Positions 49,058-58,315 of a DNA stretch of 64,000 nucleotides are shown here, in pieces. Position 1 is the first letter of the stretch. Every line of letters starts with the position of its first letter. The notes under the pieces are model-generated. The model was given only the letters and a program-made list of their open reading frames with translations, did no database searches and was not told the origin of the DNA. A program made the translations under genes and the position numbers. Source of the stretch: an uncultured Actinomycetota bacterium (lineage in GTDB: Bacteria > Actinomycetota > Actinomycetes > JACCUZ01); contig CAWDZK010000001.1 of the NCBI GenBank assembly GCA_963807005.1, positions 980,829-1,044,828 of the forward strand. Direction: 5' to 3'.

Positions 49058-49135
49058 TTCGTGAACGGTATTGACAGATGTAAACAGCGTCATCATAGTG
49101 AACGGCGTTCACCAAGACAACCGTCGTTCACAGAG
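49058..49135. promoter_or_regulatory. Divergent promoter/operator region with GTGAAC/GTTCAC half-sites, a perfect palindrome gtgaacg-g-cgttcac (49098-49112) and a consensus -35 TTGACA (49071-49076)
   Basis: Read from the sequence. TTGACA, then 17 nt, then catagt (-10-like) would place the palindrome over the -10 and start site of the MMPL gene. Confidence 0.45.
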
Positions 49136-49149
49136 TAGGGGACCGCGTC

Positions 49150-51348
49150 ATGTTCGACCGGCTGGGACACGTCACCTTCCGCCACCGCCGGGCCGTGCTG
49201 GCCCTGGCCGCCGCCTTCCTCGCGGTCGGTGCCCTGTGGGGAACCGGCGTCTTCGGTTCCATGACCAGCAGCGGCTTCGACACCCCGGGCAGCGAGTCGG
49301 CCCGGGCCCTGGCCCGCAGCGAGGCCACCGTCGGGCGGGGCGGCGCCGACGTCGTGGTGCTCTACCGCGACCGCGTGCGGTCGGTCGACGACCCGTCGTT
49401 CCGGAGGGCGGTCGAGGACCACCTCGCCGGGCTGCCGCGCGACCTCGTCGCCTCGACGACGACCTACTGGACAGCCGGGCCCGAGGCCTCGCGGTTCGTC
49501 TCGGCGGACGGCCGGTCGACGTACGCCGTGCTGCAGCTGAGCGGTGACGACGAGGACGCCCTGATGGAGGCCTACGCCGACCTGGAGCCGGCTCTGCGGG
49601 ACGCCCCGGCCGGCCTCGACGTCCGACTCGGGGGGGACGAGGCGATCAGCAGCGACATCACCACCCAGGTGGGCGAGGACATCGCGCGGGCCGAGCAGAT
49701 CTCCCTGCCGATCGTGCTCGTGCTGCTCGTCGTGATCTTCGGTGGGCTCACCGCGGCCAGCCTCCCGCTCGCAGTCGGTGGCATGGCGATCCTCGGGGCG
49801 TTCACCATGCTGCGGCTGCTCAGCCTGGCCACCGACGTCTCGGTGTTCGCCGTGAACATCGTCACGATGCTCGGCCTCGGCCTGGCGATCGACTATGCGC
49901 TGTTCGTCGTCAGCAGGTTCCGGGAGGAGATCCGCTCCGGGAAGGACACCGAGCACGCGCTGCGCACCACCATGGCCACCGCCGGCCGGACGGTCGCCTT
50001 CTCCGGGCTGACCGTGGCCATCTCGCTCGCGTCGCTGCTGTTCTTCCCGCAGGTCTTCCTGCGGTCGATGGGGTTCGGCGGGATGGCAGCAGTGCTCGTC
50101 GCCATGGTCGGTGCGCTCACGGTGCTGCCTGCACTGCTCGCCGTCCTCGGCCCCCGCGTCGACTCGCTGCGGATCCCGCTCCTGCGCCGGCGCCGGGCAG
50201 CGACGACGTCCGAGCCGCACGGCGCGTGGTACCGGCTGGCCCGCAGCGTCATGCGCAGGCCGGTGGTCTACGTCGCCGTGATCGTGCCCGTCCTGCTGCT
50301 CGCCGGCCTGCCGTTCCTGCGGGTGGAGTTCGGCGGGGTGGACCACCGGGCGCTACCGGCCGGCACCGAGAGCCGGGTGGTGTCCGAGACGCTGCTGCGC
50401 GAGTTCCCGGGCGGCGGCACCACGACGATCGACCCGGTCGTGACCTTCCGCGACGGCACCGTCGACGAGGCCCAGCTGGGGGCGTACGTCGACCGGCTCG
50501 CGGCGCTCCCCGGCGTCGAGTCGGCGGAGGTGACCGGCGAGAAGGGCGGGACCGCCCTCCTGTCGGTGCGGCACGGCTTCGAGGGCCTCTCGACGGAGGC
50601 CCGCGGGCTGGTCGGCGAGGTCCGCGACGTGCCCGCGCCGACCGGCGCGGAGGTGCTGGTGGGCGGCCGCGCCGCCGACCTGCGCGACCTGCTGGCCAGC
50701 CTGGGCGCCACGCTGCCCTGGATGGGGCTCTTCGTGGTCGGCGTGACGCTGGTGCTGCTCTTCCTCGCGTTCGGCTCGGTGATCCTGCCGCTCAAGGCGA
50801 TCGCCATGAACGTCCTGTCGCTGTCGGCCTCGTTCGGGGCACTGGTGTGGATCTTCCAGGACGGGCACCTGTCCTCGGTGCTGGGGTTCACCAGCACCGG
50901 AGCCATCGAGGCGACCCAGCCGATCCTCATGCTGGCCATGGCGTTCGGGCTCTCGATGGACTACGAGGTGTTCCTGCTGTCCCGCGTGCGCGAGCAGTGG
51001 GACCGCACCGGCGACAACACCCTCGCGGTGGCGGGTGGTCTGCAGCGCACCGGGCGGATCATCACCAGCGCGGCACTCCTGCTGGTGGTGGTGATCGGTG
51101 CGTTCTCGACGTCGGGCATCGTCTTCATCAAGATGATCGGCGTCGGGATGGTCATCGCCATCGTCGTCGACGCGACCATCGTCCGTGCGCTGCTGGTGCC
51201 GGCCACGATGCGGCTGCTCGGCCGGTGGAACTGGTGGGCCCCTGCGCCGCTGGCCCGCTTCTGGGCCCGGTACGGGATCCGCGAGTCCGACGAGGTGGTG
51301 GTGCTGCCGGCCGGGCGCCGGCCGGCCGAGGACGAGGTCCGGGTCTAG
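49150..51348 (+). CDS. MMPL family (RND superfamily) membrane transporter
   Basis: 732 aa. Two 6-TM bundles, each followed by a periplasmic domain, typical of MmpL. Divergent from TetR. Confidence 0.85.
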   Translation: MFDRLGHVTFRHRRAVLALAAAFLAVGALWGTGVFGSMTSSGFDTPGSESARALARSEATVGRGGADVVVLYRDRVRSVDDPSFRRAVEDHLAGLPRDLVASTTTYWTAGPEASRFVSADGRSTYAVLQLSGDDEDALMEAYADLEPALRDAPAGLDVRLGGDEAISSDITTQVGEDIARAEQISLPIVLVLLVVIFGGLTAASLPLAVGGMAILGAFTMLRLLSLATDVSVFAVNIVTMLGLGLAIDYALFVVSRFREEIRSGKDTEHALRTTMATAGRTVAFSGLTVAISLASLLFFPQVFLRSMGFGGMAAVLVAMVGALTVLPALLAVLGPRVDSLRIPLLRRRRAATTSEPHGAWYRLARSVMRRPVVYVAVIVPVLLLAGLPFLRVEFGGVDHRALPAGTESRVVSETLLREFPGGGTTTIDPVVTFRDGTVDEAQLGAYVDRLAALPGVESAEVTGEKGGTALLSVRHGFEGLSTEARGLVGEVRDVPAPTGAEVLVGGRAADLRDLLASLGATLPWMGLFVVGVTLVLLFLAFGSVILPLKAIAMNVLSLSASFGALVWIFQDGHLSSVLGFTSTGAIEATQPILMLAMAFGLSMDYEVFLLSRVREQWDRTGDNTLAVAGGLQRTGRIITSAALLLVVVIGAFSTSGIVFIKMIGVGMVIAIVVDATIVRALLVPATMRLLGRWNWWAPAPLARFWARYGIRESDEVVVLPAGRRPAEDEVRV

Positions 51349-51429
51349 CCGGTCGGCGGGTCGAGCCGCTGCTCCCGCGGCTCGGCCGACCTGACCCGCT
51401 CGTCGGTCCAGTACTCCCGGACCTGCTCC

Positions 51430-51464
51430 GGCGGGGTGGTCACCGTTGAGGTGACCACCCCGCC
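51430..51464. terminator. Perfect 15-bp GC-rich hairpin (ggcggggtggtcacc-gttga-ggtgaccaccccgcc) between convergent MMPL and protease genes
   Basis: Read directly from the sequence. Bidirectional terminator candidate. Confidence 0.5.
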
Positions 51465-51547
51465 CGGTGCGGTCGCGCCGCCGCTGACCCGCCGCCGGCG
51501 GACCAGGCGGACCAGCCGGGACAGCAACGACGCGAGCAGGAGCACCG

Positions 51548-52489
51548 TCAGCTCGCCGCCGCGGAGTTGTACGCCGACTGGATCGTGCTGCCGAAGTACG
51601 GCCCGAACATCCGGTTCGGCACCGAGCTGTAGCCGAAGCTGTTGACCGAGTTGATGCTGGACCCGGTGATCCACGGGCCGCCGCTGGAGCCTCCGGTCAT
51701 GTTGCACGGGATGCTCTGGCTCTGCGTGCCGCCGTAGACGTCGTCCTGGGCGGTGCCGGAGCACGACTTGAGCGTCTCGCCGTTGAACGGGGGAGCAGCC
51801 GGGTAGCCGTACGCGGTGTAGGACAGGCCACGGGCCAGGTTGAAGGCGATGCCCTGCCCGCCGACCACGTCGGTGAGGTGCTGGCCGTTGAGGGTGTTCA
51901 TCACCGCAAAGCCGCCGTCGTAGTTGATGTCGCCGGAGTTCGCCCAGGCGCTGGTCGTCACCAGTGTGCGCGCCGTCCAGGTCCCGTAGGGCCGGCTGCC
52001 GTTGTTGTACGCCGGGACGAATGCCCAGTTCGTGGCGAACGCGCCCGGGCCTTCGTTCACGCAGTGGCCGGCCGTCGTGACGACGTCGCGGTTGGAGCTG
52101 GACGTGGCCGCGCCGGAGCAGACGTAGTCGGTACCGCCGAGGGTGAAGAAGACCTTGCCGGTCGTGGCCGTGACCGAGGCCGCCGTCAGCGAGCCGCCGG
52201 AGGGCTTGCTGGTGCCGACCTGCTGGGTCGCGCCGCGGGCGGCCCGGCCGGACGAGGCCGATGCCGGTGACGGCTGGTCGGCGACCCGGGCCGCGTGCAT
52301 GCGGGCACTCGTCCAGTAGCCGGCCACCTTCGCGGCGGCCGCTCGGGTGGTGGCGGCGGACGCCGAGGTGACCTGCGGACCGGCGGCGGACGCGCTGCCC
52401 GGTGCGGCGCCGAGCGCGCCGAGGAGCAGCGCGGCGAGCGCGGCGATTCCGGCGATTCCGGCGCGGGCGGTGAGTCGTGGTCGGGACAT
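51548..52489 (-). CDS. Secreted S1-family (trypsin-like) serine protease
   Basis: Signal peptide MSRPRLTARAGIAGIAALAALLLGALGAAPGSASA. TAGHC (His) and GGSSGGP (Ser) active-site motifs. ATG at 52489 inside ORF 51548-52579. Confidence 0.75.
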   Translation of the reverse strand: MSRPRLTARAGIAGIAALAALLLGALGAAPGSASAAGPQVTSASAATTRAAAAKVAGYWTSARMHAARVADQPSPASASSGRAARGATQQVGTSKPSGGSLTAASVTATTGKVFFTLGGTDYVCSGAATSSSNRDVVTTAGHCVNEGPGAFATNWAFVPAYNNGSRPYGTWTARTLVTTSAWANSGDINYDGGFAVMNTLNGQHLTDVVGGQGIAFNLARGLSYTAYGYPAAPPFNGETLKSCSGTAQDDVYGGTQSQSIPCNMTGGSSGGPWITGSSINSVNSFGYSSVPNRMFGPYFGSTIQSAYNSAAAS

Positions 52490-52688
52490 GTGTGCGGTTC
52501 CTCCCGTGCGACGTCGGGCGGCTCTGCCCGAGACGGTGTCGGCGACCCGTGCCGCCGGCGGGTCGAACCTAGGTGGCATTTATCCCAAATGTGCTTAATG
52601 TCAGGTTCTGCACTTGGTCAGGGTCCGACGGGCGGACCGACGGCCGGGCGTCGGGATGAAACCGGCGACCGGCGGGCAACGGTCCGGC

Positions 52689-53576
52689 ATGCGAGCAGAC
52701 GTCGTGGACCGGCGGGACCGGGTGCTGCAGGCCGTCGAGCAGCGGGTGGACCGGGCGGTCCCGGACCCGGTGCAGGCTTTCGTGCGCTGGCTACGCAGCG
52801 ACGACTTCCTCACGACCAGTGCCAGCCTCGCCTTCTACGCCATGGTGTCGCTGGCGCCGATGGCGCTGGTGGCGCTCTGGGTGGCCGGTGCGGTGGTCCC
52901 GGACTCCTCGCTGCAGCGGCTGGGCTCCGACGTCGAGCAGACCTCGCCGGACAGCCTGCCGGTGGCCGACCTGCTGCGGCGGCTCATCGACGTGGCCACC
53001 GGGCTCGGCTTCGCCTCGGTGCTCGGGGCGCTGTGGCCCGCCACGGCCTACGGCGCCGCCCTCGCGCGCGCTTTCGGCCGCGTCACCCCGGACCGGGAGC
53101 GCCGGATGCGCGGGTGGAAGGGGCGGGCGATGGCGCTGGTGATCGTGGCGCTCATGCCGCTGGTGGTCTTCGGCGCGCTGGCGGTCTCGTTCGTCGGGCC
53201 GCGACTGCTTCCCGACGCCGGTCCGTGGCTCGCCGTGCTGCTCGCGTTCGGTGGCTACCTCGCCCTGCTGGCGCTGACCGGCCTGGTGTTCACGCTGTTC
53301 AGGCTGCTCAGCACCGAGGCCAGTGACATCGCGTGGGGCGCGCTGGTGGCCTCCACCCTGATCTCGCTGGTCAGTGGTGCCTACCTGCTCTACCTGCGGC
53401 TCTTCGCCGGCTTCGAGCAGCGGTACGGAGCGTCCTGGCTCGCCACCGCGGTCCTGCTCGGGCTGTGGCTGCTGCTGGTCAACGCGATGCTCATCATCGG
53501 CTACCGGTTGATGGTGCGCCGGGCGCAGCGGCGCCATCCCCGCGCGACGAGCGACGGCGAGGTGCGGCTGCCGTGA
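52689..53576 (+). CDS. YihY/BrkB family inner-membrane protein
   Basis: Multi-TM protein with [19 protein letters not shown], the YihY signature. Start is uncertain: 52614, 52656 or 52689. Confidence 0.7.
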   Translation: MRADVVDRRDRVLQAVEQRVDRAVPDPVQAFVRWLRSDDFLTTSASLAFYAMVSLAPMALVALWVAGAVVPDSSLQRLGSDVEQTSPDSLPVADLLRRLIDVATGLGFASVLGALWPATAYGAALARAFGRVTPDRERRMRGWKGRAMALVIVALMPLVVFGALAVSFVGPRLLPDAGPWLAVLLAFGGYLALLALTGLVFTLFRLLSTEASDIAWGALVASTLISLVSGAYLLYLRLFAGFEQRYGASWLATAVLLGLWLLLVNAMLIIGYRLMVRRAQRRHPRATSDGEVRLP

Positions 53577-53613
53577 CCGGTCCGGTCGACCGGAGCCGTC
53601 CCGCCGGACGGGA

Positions 53614-54834
53614 GTGCGGGACACTGGACCGGTGACCTCCACGGCCCGTCGCGATGTGATCGTCCTCGGGTCGACCGGGTCGATCGGCACCCAGGCCCTC
53701 GACATCGTGCGATCGGCACCGGACCGGTTCCGGGTGGTCGGGCTGGGGGCCGGCGGCGGCAACGTCGAGCTGCTGGCCCGGCAGGCGCTCGAGCTCGGTG
53801 TCGAGGCCGTGGCGGTGTCCCGGGCCAGCGCGGCGCAGGACCTCCAGCTGGCGTTCTACGCGGCCGCCAAGTCGGGCGGGTACTCCGCCGGAGAGCACCC
53901 GGTCCCCGCGATCCTCGCCGGTCCGGACGCCGCCACCGAGCTGGCTCGGCGGCCGTGCGACGTCGTCCTCAACGGCATCACCGGCTCGATCGGCCTGGGT
54001 CCGACTCTCGCCGCGCTCGGGGCGGGGCACACCCTGGCGCTGGCGAACAAGGAGTCGCTGGTCGCCGGCGGACCACTGGTCAAGGCGGCGGTCCAGCGAC
54101 CCGGTCAGATCGTGCCGGTCGACTCCGAGCACTCGGCGCTGGCGCAGTGCCTGCGCGGGGGCGACCGCGGGGAGGTCCGCCGCCTCGTGCTGACCGCCAG
54201 CGGCGGACCCTTTCGTGGCCGCAGACGCGACGAACTGCACGAGGTCACCGTCGTGCAGGCGCTGGCGCACCCCACCTGGGACATGGGCCCGGTGGTGACG
54301 ATCAACTCCGCGACCCTGGTCAACAAGGGTCTCGAGGTGCTGGAGGCGCATCTGCTCTTCGACGTCCCGCTCGACCGGGTCGACGTGGTCGTGCACCCGC
54401 AGTCTGTCGTCCACTCGATGGTGGAGTTCGTCGACGGTTCGACGCTGGCCCAGGCCAGCCCGCCGGACATGCGGCTGCCGATCGCCCTCGGGCTGGGATG
54501 GCCCGACCGGGTGCCCGGAGCGGCTCCCGGCTGCGACTGGTCCACCGCGTCGACGTGGGAGTTCCTGCCGCTGGACGACGAGGCGTTCCCTGCGGTCCGG
54601 CTGGCCCGCGCCGCCGGGAAGGCGGGCGGCACCGCACCAGCGGTCTACAACGCCGCCAACGAGGTGTCCGTGGGCGCGTTCGTGGCGGGCCGGCTCCGGT
54701 TCACCGGTATCGTCGACACGGTCGACCAGGTGCTCGACGAGCACGAGGTCGGGAACGTTCGCGACGTTCTGGACGTCATGGCCGCCGAGAGCTGGGCCCG
54801 GGACCGGGCCACGGCACTGACGAGCGGCAGGTGA
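53614..54834 (+). CDS. dxr: 1-deoxy-D-xylulose 5-phosphate reductoisomerase
   Basis: [23 protein letters not shown] motif, [18 protein letters not shown]. Confidence 0.92.
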   Translation: MRDTGPVTSTARRDVIVLGSTGSIGTQALDIVRSAPDRFRVVGLGAGGGNVELLARQALELGVEAVAVSRASAAQDLQLAFYAAAKSGGYSAGEHPVPAILAGPDAATELARRPCDVVLNGITGSIGLGPTLAALGAGHTLALANKESLVAGGPLVKAAVQRPGQIVPVDSEHSALAQCLRGGDRGEVRRLVLTASGGPFRGRRRDELHEVTVVQALAHPTWDMGPVVTINSATLVNKGLEVLEAHLLFDVPLDRVDVVVHPQSVVHSMVEFVDGSTLAQASPPDMRLPIALGLGWPDRVPGAAPGCDWSTASTWEFLPLDDEAFPAVRLARAAGKAGGTAPAVYNAANEVSVGAFVAGRLRFTGIVDTVDQVLDEHEVGNVRDVLDVMAAESWARDRATALTSGR

Positions 54835-54844
54835 GGAACAGCAG

Positions 54845-56104
54845 ATGAGCTTCTGGATCGGGGTGCTGATCTTCGCTGTCGGCATCCTCGTGTCGGTCTG
54901 CCTGCACGAGGCGGGCCACCTGCTCACCGCCAAGCGCTTCGGCATGAAGGCCACCCAGTACTTCGCCGGCTTCGGCCCGACGGTGTTCTCCTTCCGCCGC
55001 GGCGAGACGGAGTACGGCCTCAAGGCGGTGCCGGCCGGCGGCTTCGTGAAGATCGTCGGCATGACCCCGCTGGAGGAGGTCTCGCCCGAGGACCAGCCCC
55101 GCGCCTTCTGGCGGTTCCCGCTCTGGCAGCGCACGGTGGTCCTGGTCGCCGGGTCGGCGACGCACTTCGCCCTCGCCGTCGTCATCTTCTACATCGCCGG
55201 GATGACCACCGGCCTGCCGAACCTGGCCGCGCAGGACTTCGAGGTGCTGAAGGCCAAGCCGGTCATCGGCAGCGTCTCGGACTGCGTCGTCACCGACTAC
55301 ACCCTGGCCACCGACGGCGGCCTGCGCGCCTGCCGGCCCGACGACCCGGCGGCCCCGGCCCGCGCCGCGGGACTCCGCCGCGGCGACCTCGTGCTCGCCG
55401 TCGGGGGCAAGGACGTGCCGACGTACGGCGCGTTCGTGCGGGCCGTCCGCGCCACGCCGCCGGGCCCGGTCGAGATCACCTACCGGCGGGACGGGCAGGA
55501 CCGCACCACGACCGCCGACCTGGTCGCCACCCAGCGGCCGGCGCTCGACGCCCCGGCCGGCAGCACGGAGCTCACGACGGTCTCGGCGATCGGCCTGTCG
55601 GTCCGGCTGCCGCGGTTCATCAACCACTACGGCGCGGCCGACGGGGTGGCGGCATCGGTGTCGTTCCTCGGCAGCAGCATCGACCAGACCTTCACCGCCG
55701 TGGGCAAGTTCCCCTCGAAGATCCCCAAGCTCGTCGACGCAATCCAGGGCGGCCAGCGCGACCCGGAGACCCCGATAAGCGTCGTGGGCGCCAGCCGGGT
55801 CGGCGGCGAGGCCATCCAGATCGGTGAACCGATCTTCTTCCTCGTCCTGCTCGGCGGCCTGAACGTCTTCATCGGCGTCTTCAACCTGTTCCCGCTGCTC
55901 CCGCTGGACGGCGGGCACGTGGCGGTCGCCTGGTACGAGCGGGTGCGGTCCTGGGTCGCTGCCCGGCGCGGACGGCCGGACCCGGGCCGGGTCGACTACA
56001 ACAAGCTGCTGCCGGTGACCTACCTCGTCATCCTCGCGTTCGGGGGCATCACCCTGCTGACCCTGACGGCCGACATCGTCAACCCCATCTCCCTGCGCCA
56101 GTAG
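54845..56104 (+). CDS. M50 family site-2 (RIP) zinc metalloprotease, Rip1/RseP-like
   Basis: HEAGHLLTAKRFG (HExxH in TM1), a PDZ region, and a C-terminal NLFPLLPLDGGH motif. Confidence 0.88.
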   Translation: MSFWIGVLIFAVGILVSVCLHEAGHLLTAKRFGMKATQYFAGFGPTVFSFRRGETEYGLKAVPAGGFVKIVGMTPLEEVSPEDQPRAFWRFPLWQRTVVLVAGSATHFALAVVIFYIAGMTTGLPNLAAQDFEVLKAKPVIGSVSDCVVTDYTLATDGGLRACRPDDPAAPARAAGLRRGDLVLAVGGKDVPTYGAFVRAVRATPPGPVEITYRRDGQDRTTTADLVATQRPALDAPAGSTELTTVSAIGLSVRLPRFINHYGAADGVAASVSFLGSSIDQTFTAVGKFPSKIPKLVDAIQGGQRDPETPISVVGASRVGGEAIQIGEPIFFLVLLGGLNVFIGVFNLFPLLPLDGGHVAVAWYERVRSWVAARRGRPDPGRVDYNKLLPVTYLVILAFGGITLLTLTADIVNPISLRQ

Positions 56105-56163
56105 GGCGCCCGTAGGGGGCCGTCCCGCGGCGGCATCCCGTGCGGCGGGCGATACTGAGGGAC

Positions 56164-57318
56164 ATGACCGTCAACCTCGGCATGCCCGAGACCCCGCCGC
56201 GGCCGCTCGCGACCCGGCGGGTGTCCCGCCAGATCGACGTCGGGGGAGTGCTCGTGGGGGGCGACGCGCCGGTGTCGGTTCAGTCGATGACGACCACCCC
56301 CACCACGGACATCAACGCCACGCTGCAGCAGATCGCCGAGCTCACCGCCTCCGGCTGCCAGATCGTGCGCGTCGCCTGCCCCAGCCAGGACGACGCCGAG
56401 GCGCTGCCGATCATCGCGAGGAAGTCGCAGATCCCGGTCATCGCCGACATCCACTTCCAGCCGAAGTACGTCTTCGCCGCCATCGACGCCGGGTGCGCCG
56501 CCGTCCGGGTCAACCCGGGGAACATCAAGGCCTTCGACGACAAGGTCAAGGAGATCGCCAAGGCTGCCGGTGACGCCGGGGTGCCCATCCGCATCGGCGT
56601 CAACGCCGGCTCCCTGGACAAGCGGCTGCTCGCGAAGTACGGCAAGGCGACCCCGGAGGCGCTGGTCGAGTCGGCGCTCTGGGAGTGCTCGCTGTTCGAG
56701 GAGCACGGCTTCCGCGACATCAAGATCTCGGTCAAGCACAACGACCCGGTGGTCATGATCAACGCCTATCGGCTGCTCGCCGGGCAGTGCGACTACCCCC
56801 TGCATCTCGGCGTCACCGAGGCCGGCCCGGCCTTCCAAGGCACCATCAAGTCGGCTGTCGCCTTCGGCGCCCTGCTGGCCGAGGGCATCGGGGACACCAT
56901 CCGCGTCTCGCTGTCCGCGCCGCCGGTCGAGGAGGTCAAGGTCGGCAACCAGATCCTCGAGTCGCTGGGGCTCAAGCAGCGCGGCCTCGAGATCGTCTCC
57001 TGCCCTTCCTGTGGTCGGGCCCAGGTCGACGTCTACACGCTGGCCGACCAGGTGACCGCCGGGCTGGAGGGGCTGACCGTGCCGCTGCGGGTCGCCGTCA
57101 TGGGCTGTGTCGTCAACGGCCCCGGCGAGGCCCGGGAGGCCGACCTCGGTGTCGCCTCCGGCAACGGCAAGGGGCAGATCTTCGTCAAGGGCGAGGTCAT
57201 CAAGACCGTGCCCGAGTCCCAGATCGTCGAGACGCTGATCGAGGAAGCCATGCGGATCGCCGAGGCGATGGAGCTCGAGGGCGTAGCCTCTGGCGAACCC
57301 GCGGTGAGCGTCAGCTAG
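56164..57318 (+). CDS. ispG: 4-hydroxy-3-methylbut-2-enyl diphosphate synthase (flavodoxin)
   Basis: [15 protein letters not shown] and the CPSCGR...GCVVNGPGE Fe-S Cys motif. An alternative start is 56140. Confidence 0.9.
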   Translation: MTVNLGMPETPPRPLATRRVSRQIDVGGVLVGGDAPVSVQSMTTTPTTDINATLQQIAELTASGCQIVRVACPSQDDAEALPIIARKSQIPVIADIHFQPKYVFAAIDAGCAAVRVNPGNIKAFDDKVKEIAKAAGDAGVPIRIGVNAGSLDKRLLAKYGKATPEALVESALWECSLFEEHGFRDIKISVKHNDPVVMINAYRLLAGQCDYPLHLGVTEAGPAFQGTIKSAVAFGALLAEGIGDTIRVSLSAPPVEEVKVGNQILESLGLKQRGLEIVSCPSCGRAQVDVYTLADQVTAGLEGLTVPLRVAVMGCVVNGPGEAREADLGVASGNGKGQIFVKGEVIKTVPESQIVETLIEEAMRIAEAMELEGVASGEPAVSVS

Positions 57319-57346
57319 CGCCCGCCCGACGTTGGAGGAGCCCGGG

Positions 57347-58189
57347 ATGCTGCGCAGCACGTCGCTGCGGGTGCTGCGTCCCGAGGACCTCGCCGCGGCT
57401 CGCGACGTCCTCTCGCGCAACCCGGTCGCCGACGTCTTCGTCGCCTCCCGGGTGGCGGTCGCGGGCGTCGACCCCGCGCGCCTCGGCGGCGAGATGTGGG
57501 GCTACGCCGTGGACGGCCGGCTCGAGTCGCTCTGCCACGCCGGTGCGAACCTCGTCCCGGTCCAGGCCGGCCCCGAGGCCGCTGCCGCCTTCGCCGAGCG
57601 GGCTCGTCGGCTCGGCCGTCGCTGCGCCTCCATCGTCGGGGAGCGCGAGGCTGTGGCGGCCATGTGGGCCGAGCTCGAGCCGGCCTGGGGGCCGGCCCGG
57701 GAGGTCCGCGACCCGCAACCGCTGATGGCGCTGAGCGGGCCGGTGGCGGTGGTCCCCGACCCGCTGGTGCGTCGGGTCCGGATGAGCGAGCTCGACCTGC
57801 TCGTGCCGGCCTGCGTCGAGATGTTCACCGAGGAGGTGGGCGTGTCGCCGGTCGGCACCGACGGCGGGGCGTCCTACCGCTCCCGGGTCGCCGAGCTGGT
57901 GCGCAGCGGCCGCGCCTTCGCCCGGATCGACGGCGGCCGGGTCGTCTTCAAGGCCGAGATCGGCTCGGCCACTACGGCGGCCTGCCAGGTGCAGGGCGTC
58001 TGGGTGCCGCCGGACCTGCGCGGGAAGGGGCTCGCGGCGCCGGGGATGGCGACGGTGGCCGAGATCGCCCGGCTGGAGATCGCCCCCGTGGTGAGCCTGT
58101 ACGTCAACGAGTTCAACGAGGCCGCCCGGGCGACGTACCGGCGGGTGGGGTTCTCCGACATCGGCGCCTTCATGTCCGTGCTGTTCTAG
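57347..58189 (+). CDS. GNAT family N-acetyltransferase (DUF4081-GNAT type)
   Basis: ATG 7 nt after GGAGGAG. C-terminal GNAT fold (QVQGVWVPPDLRGKGLA...YRRVGF). Confidence 0.7.
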   Translation: MLRSTSLRVLRPEDLAAARDVLSRNPVADVFVASRVAVAGVDPARLGGEMWGYAVDGRLESLCHAGANLVPVQAGPEAAAAFAERARRLGRRCASIVGEREAVAAMWAELEPAWGPAREVRDPQPLMALSGPVAVVPDPLVRRVRMSELDLLVPACVEMFTEEVGVSPVGTDGGASYRSRVAELVRSGRAFARIDGGRVVFKAEIGSATTAACQVQGVWVPPDLRGKGLAAPGMATVAEIARLEIAPVVSLYVNEFNEAARATYRRVGFSDIGAFMSVLF

Positions 58190-58315
58190 CGGTACTGACC
58201 AGGGAAGCCTCGAGGTCGCTCTCACCCGGCGCGGTTCCTGGAGTCTCTCGCCGGCCTGTCATGGGCAGGGCGCACACTGTGGCGCGAAGAGGCCCGACTG
58301 CGGGGGAGGTGGCAG

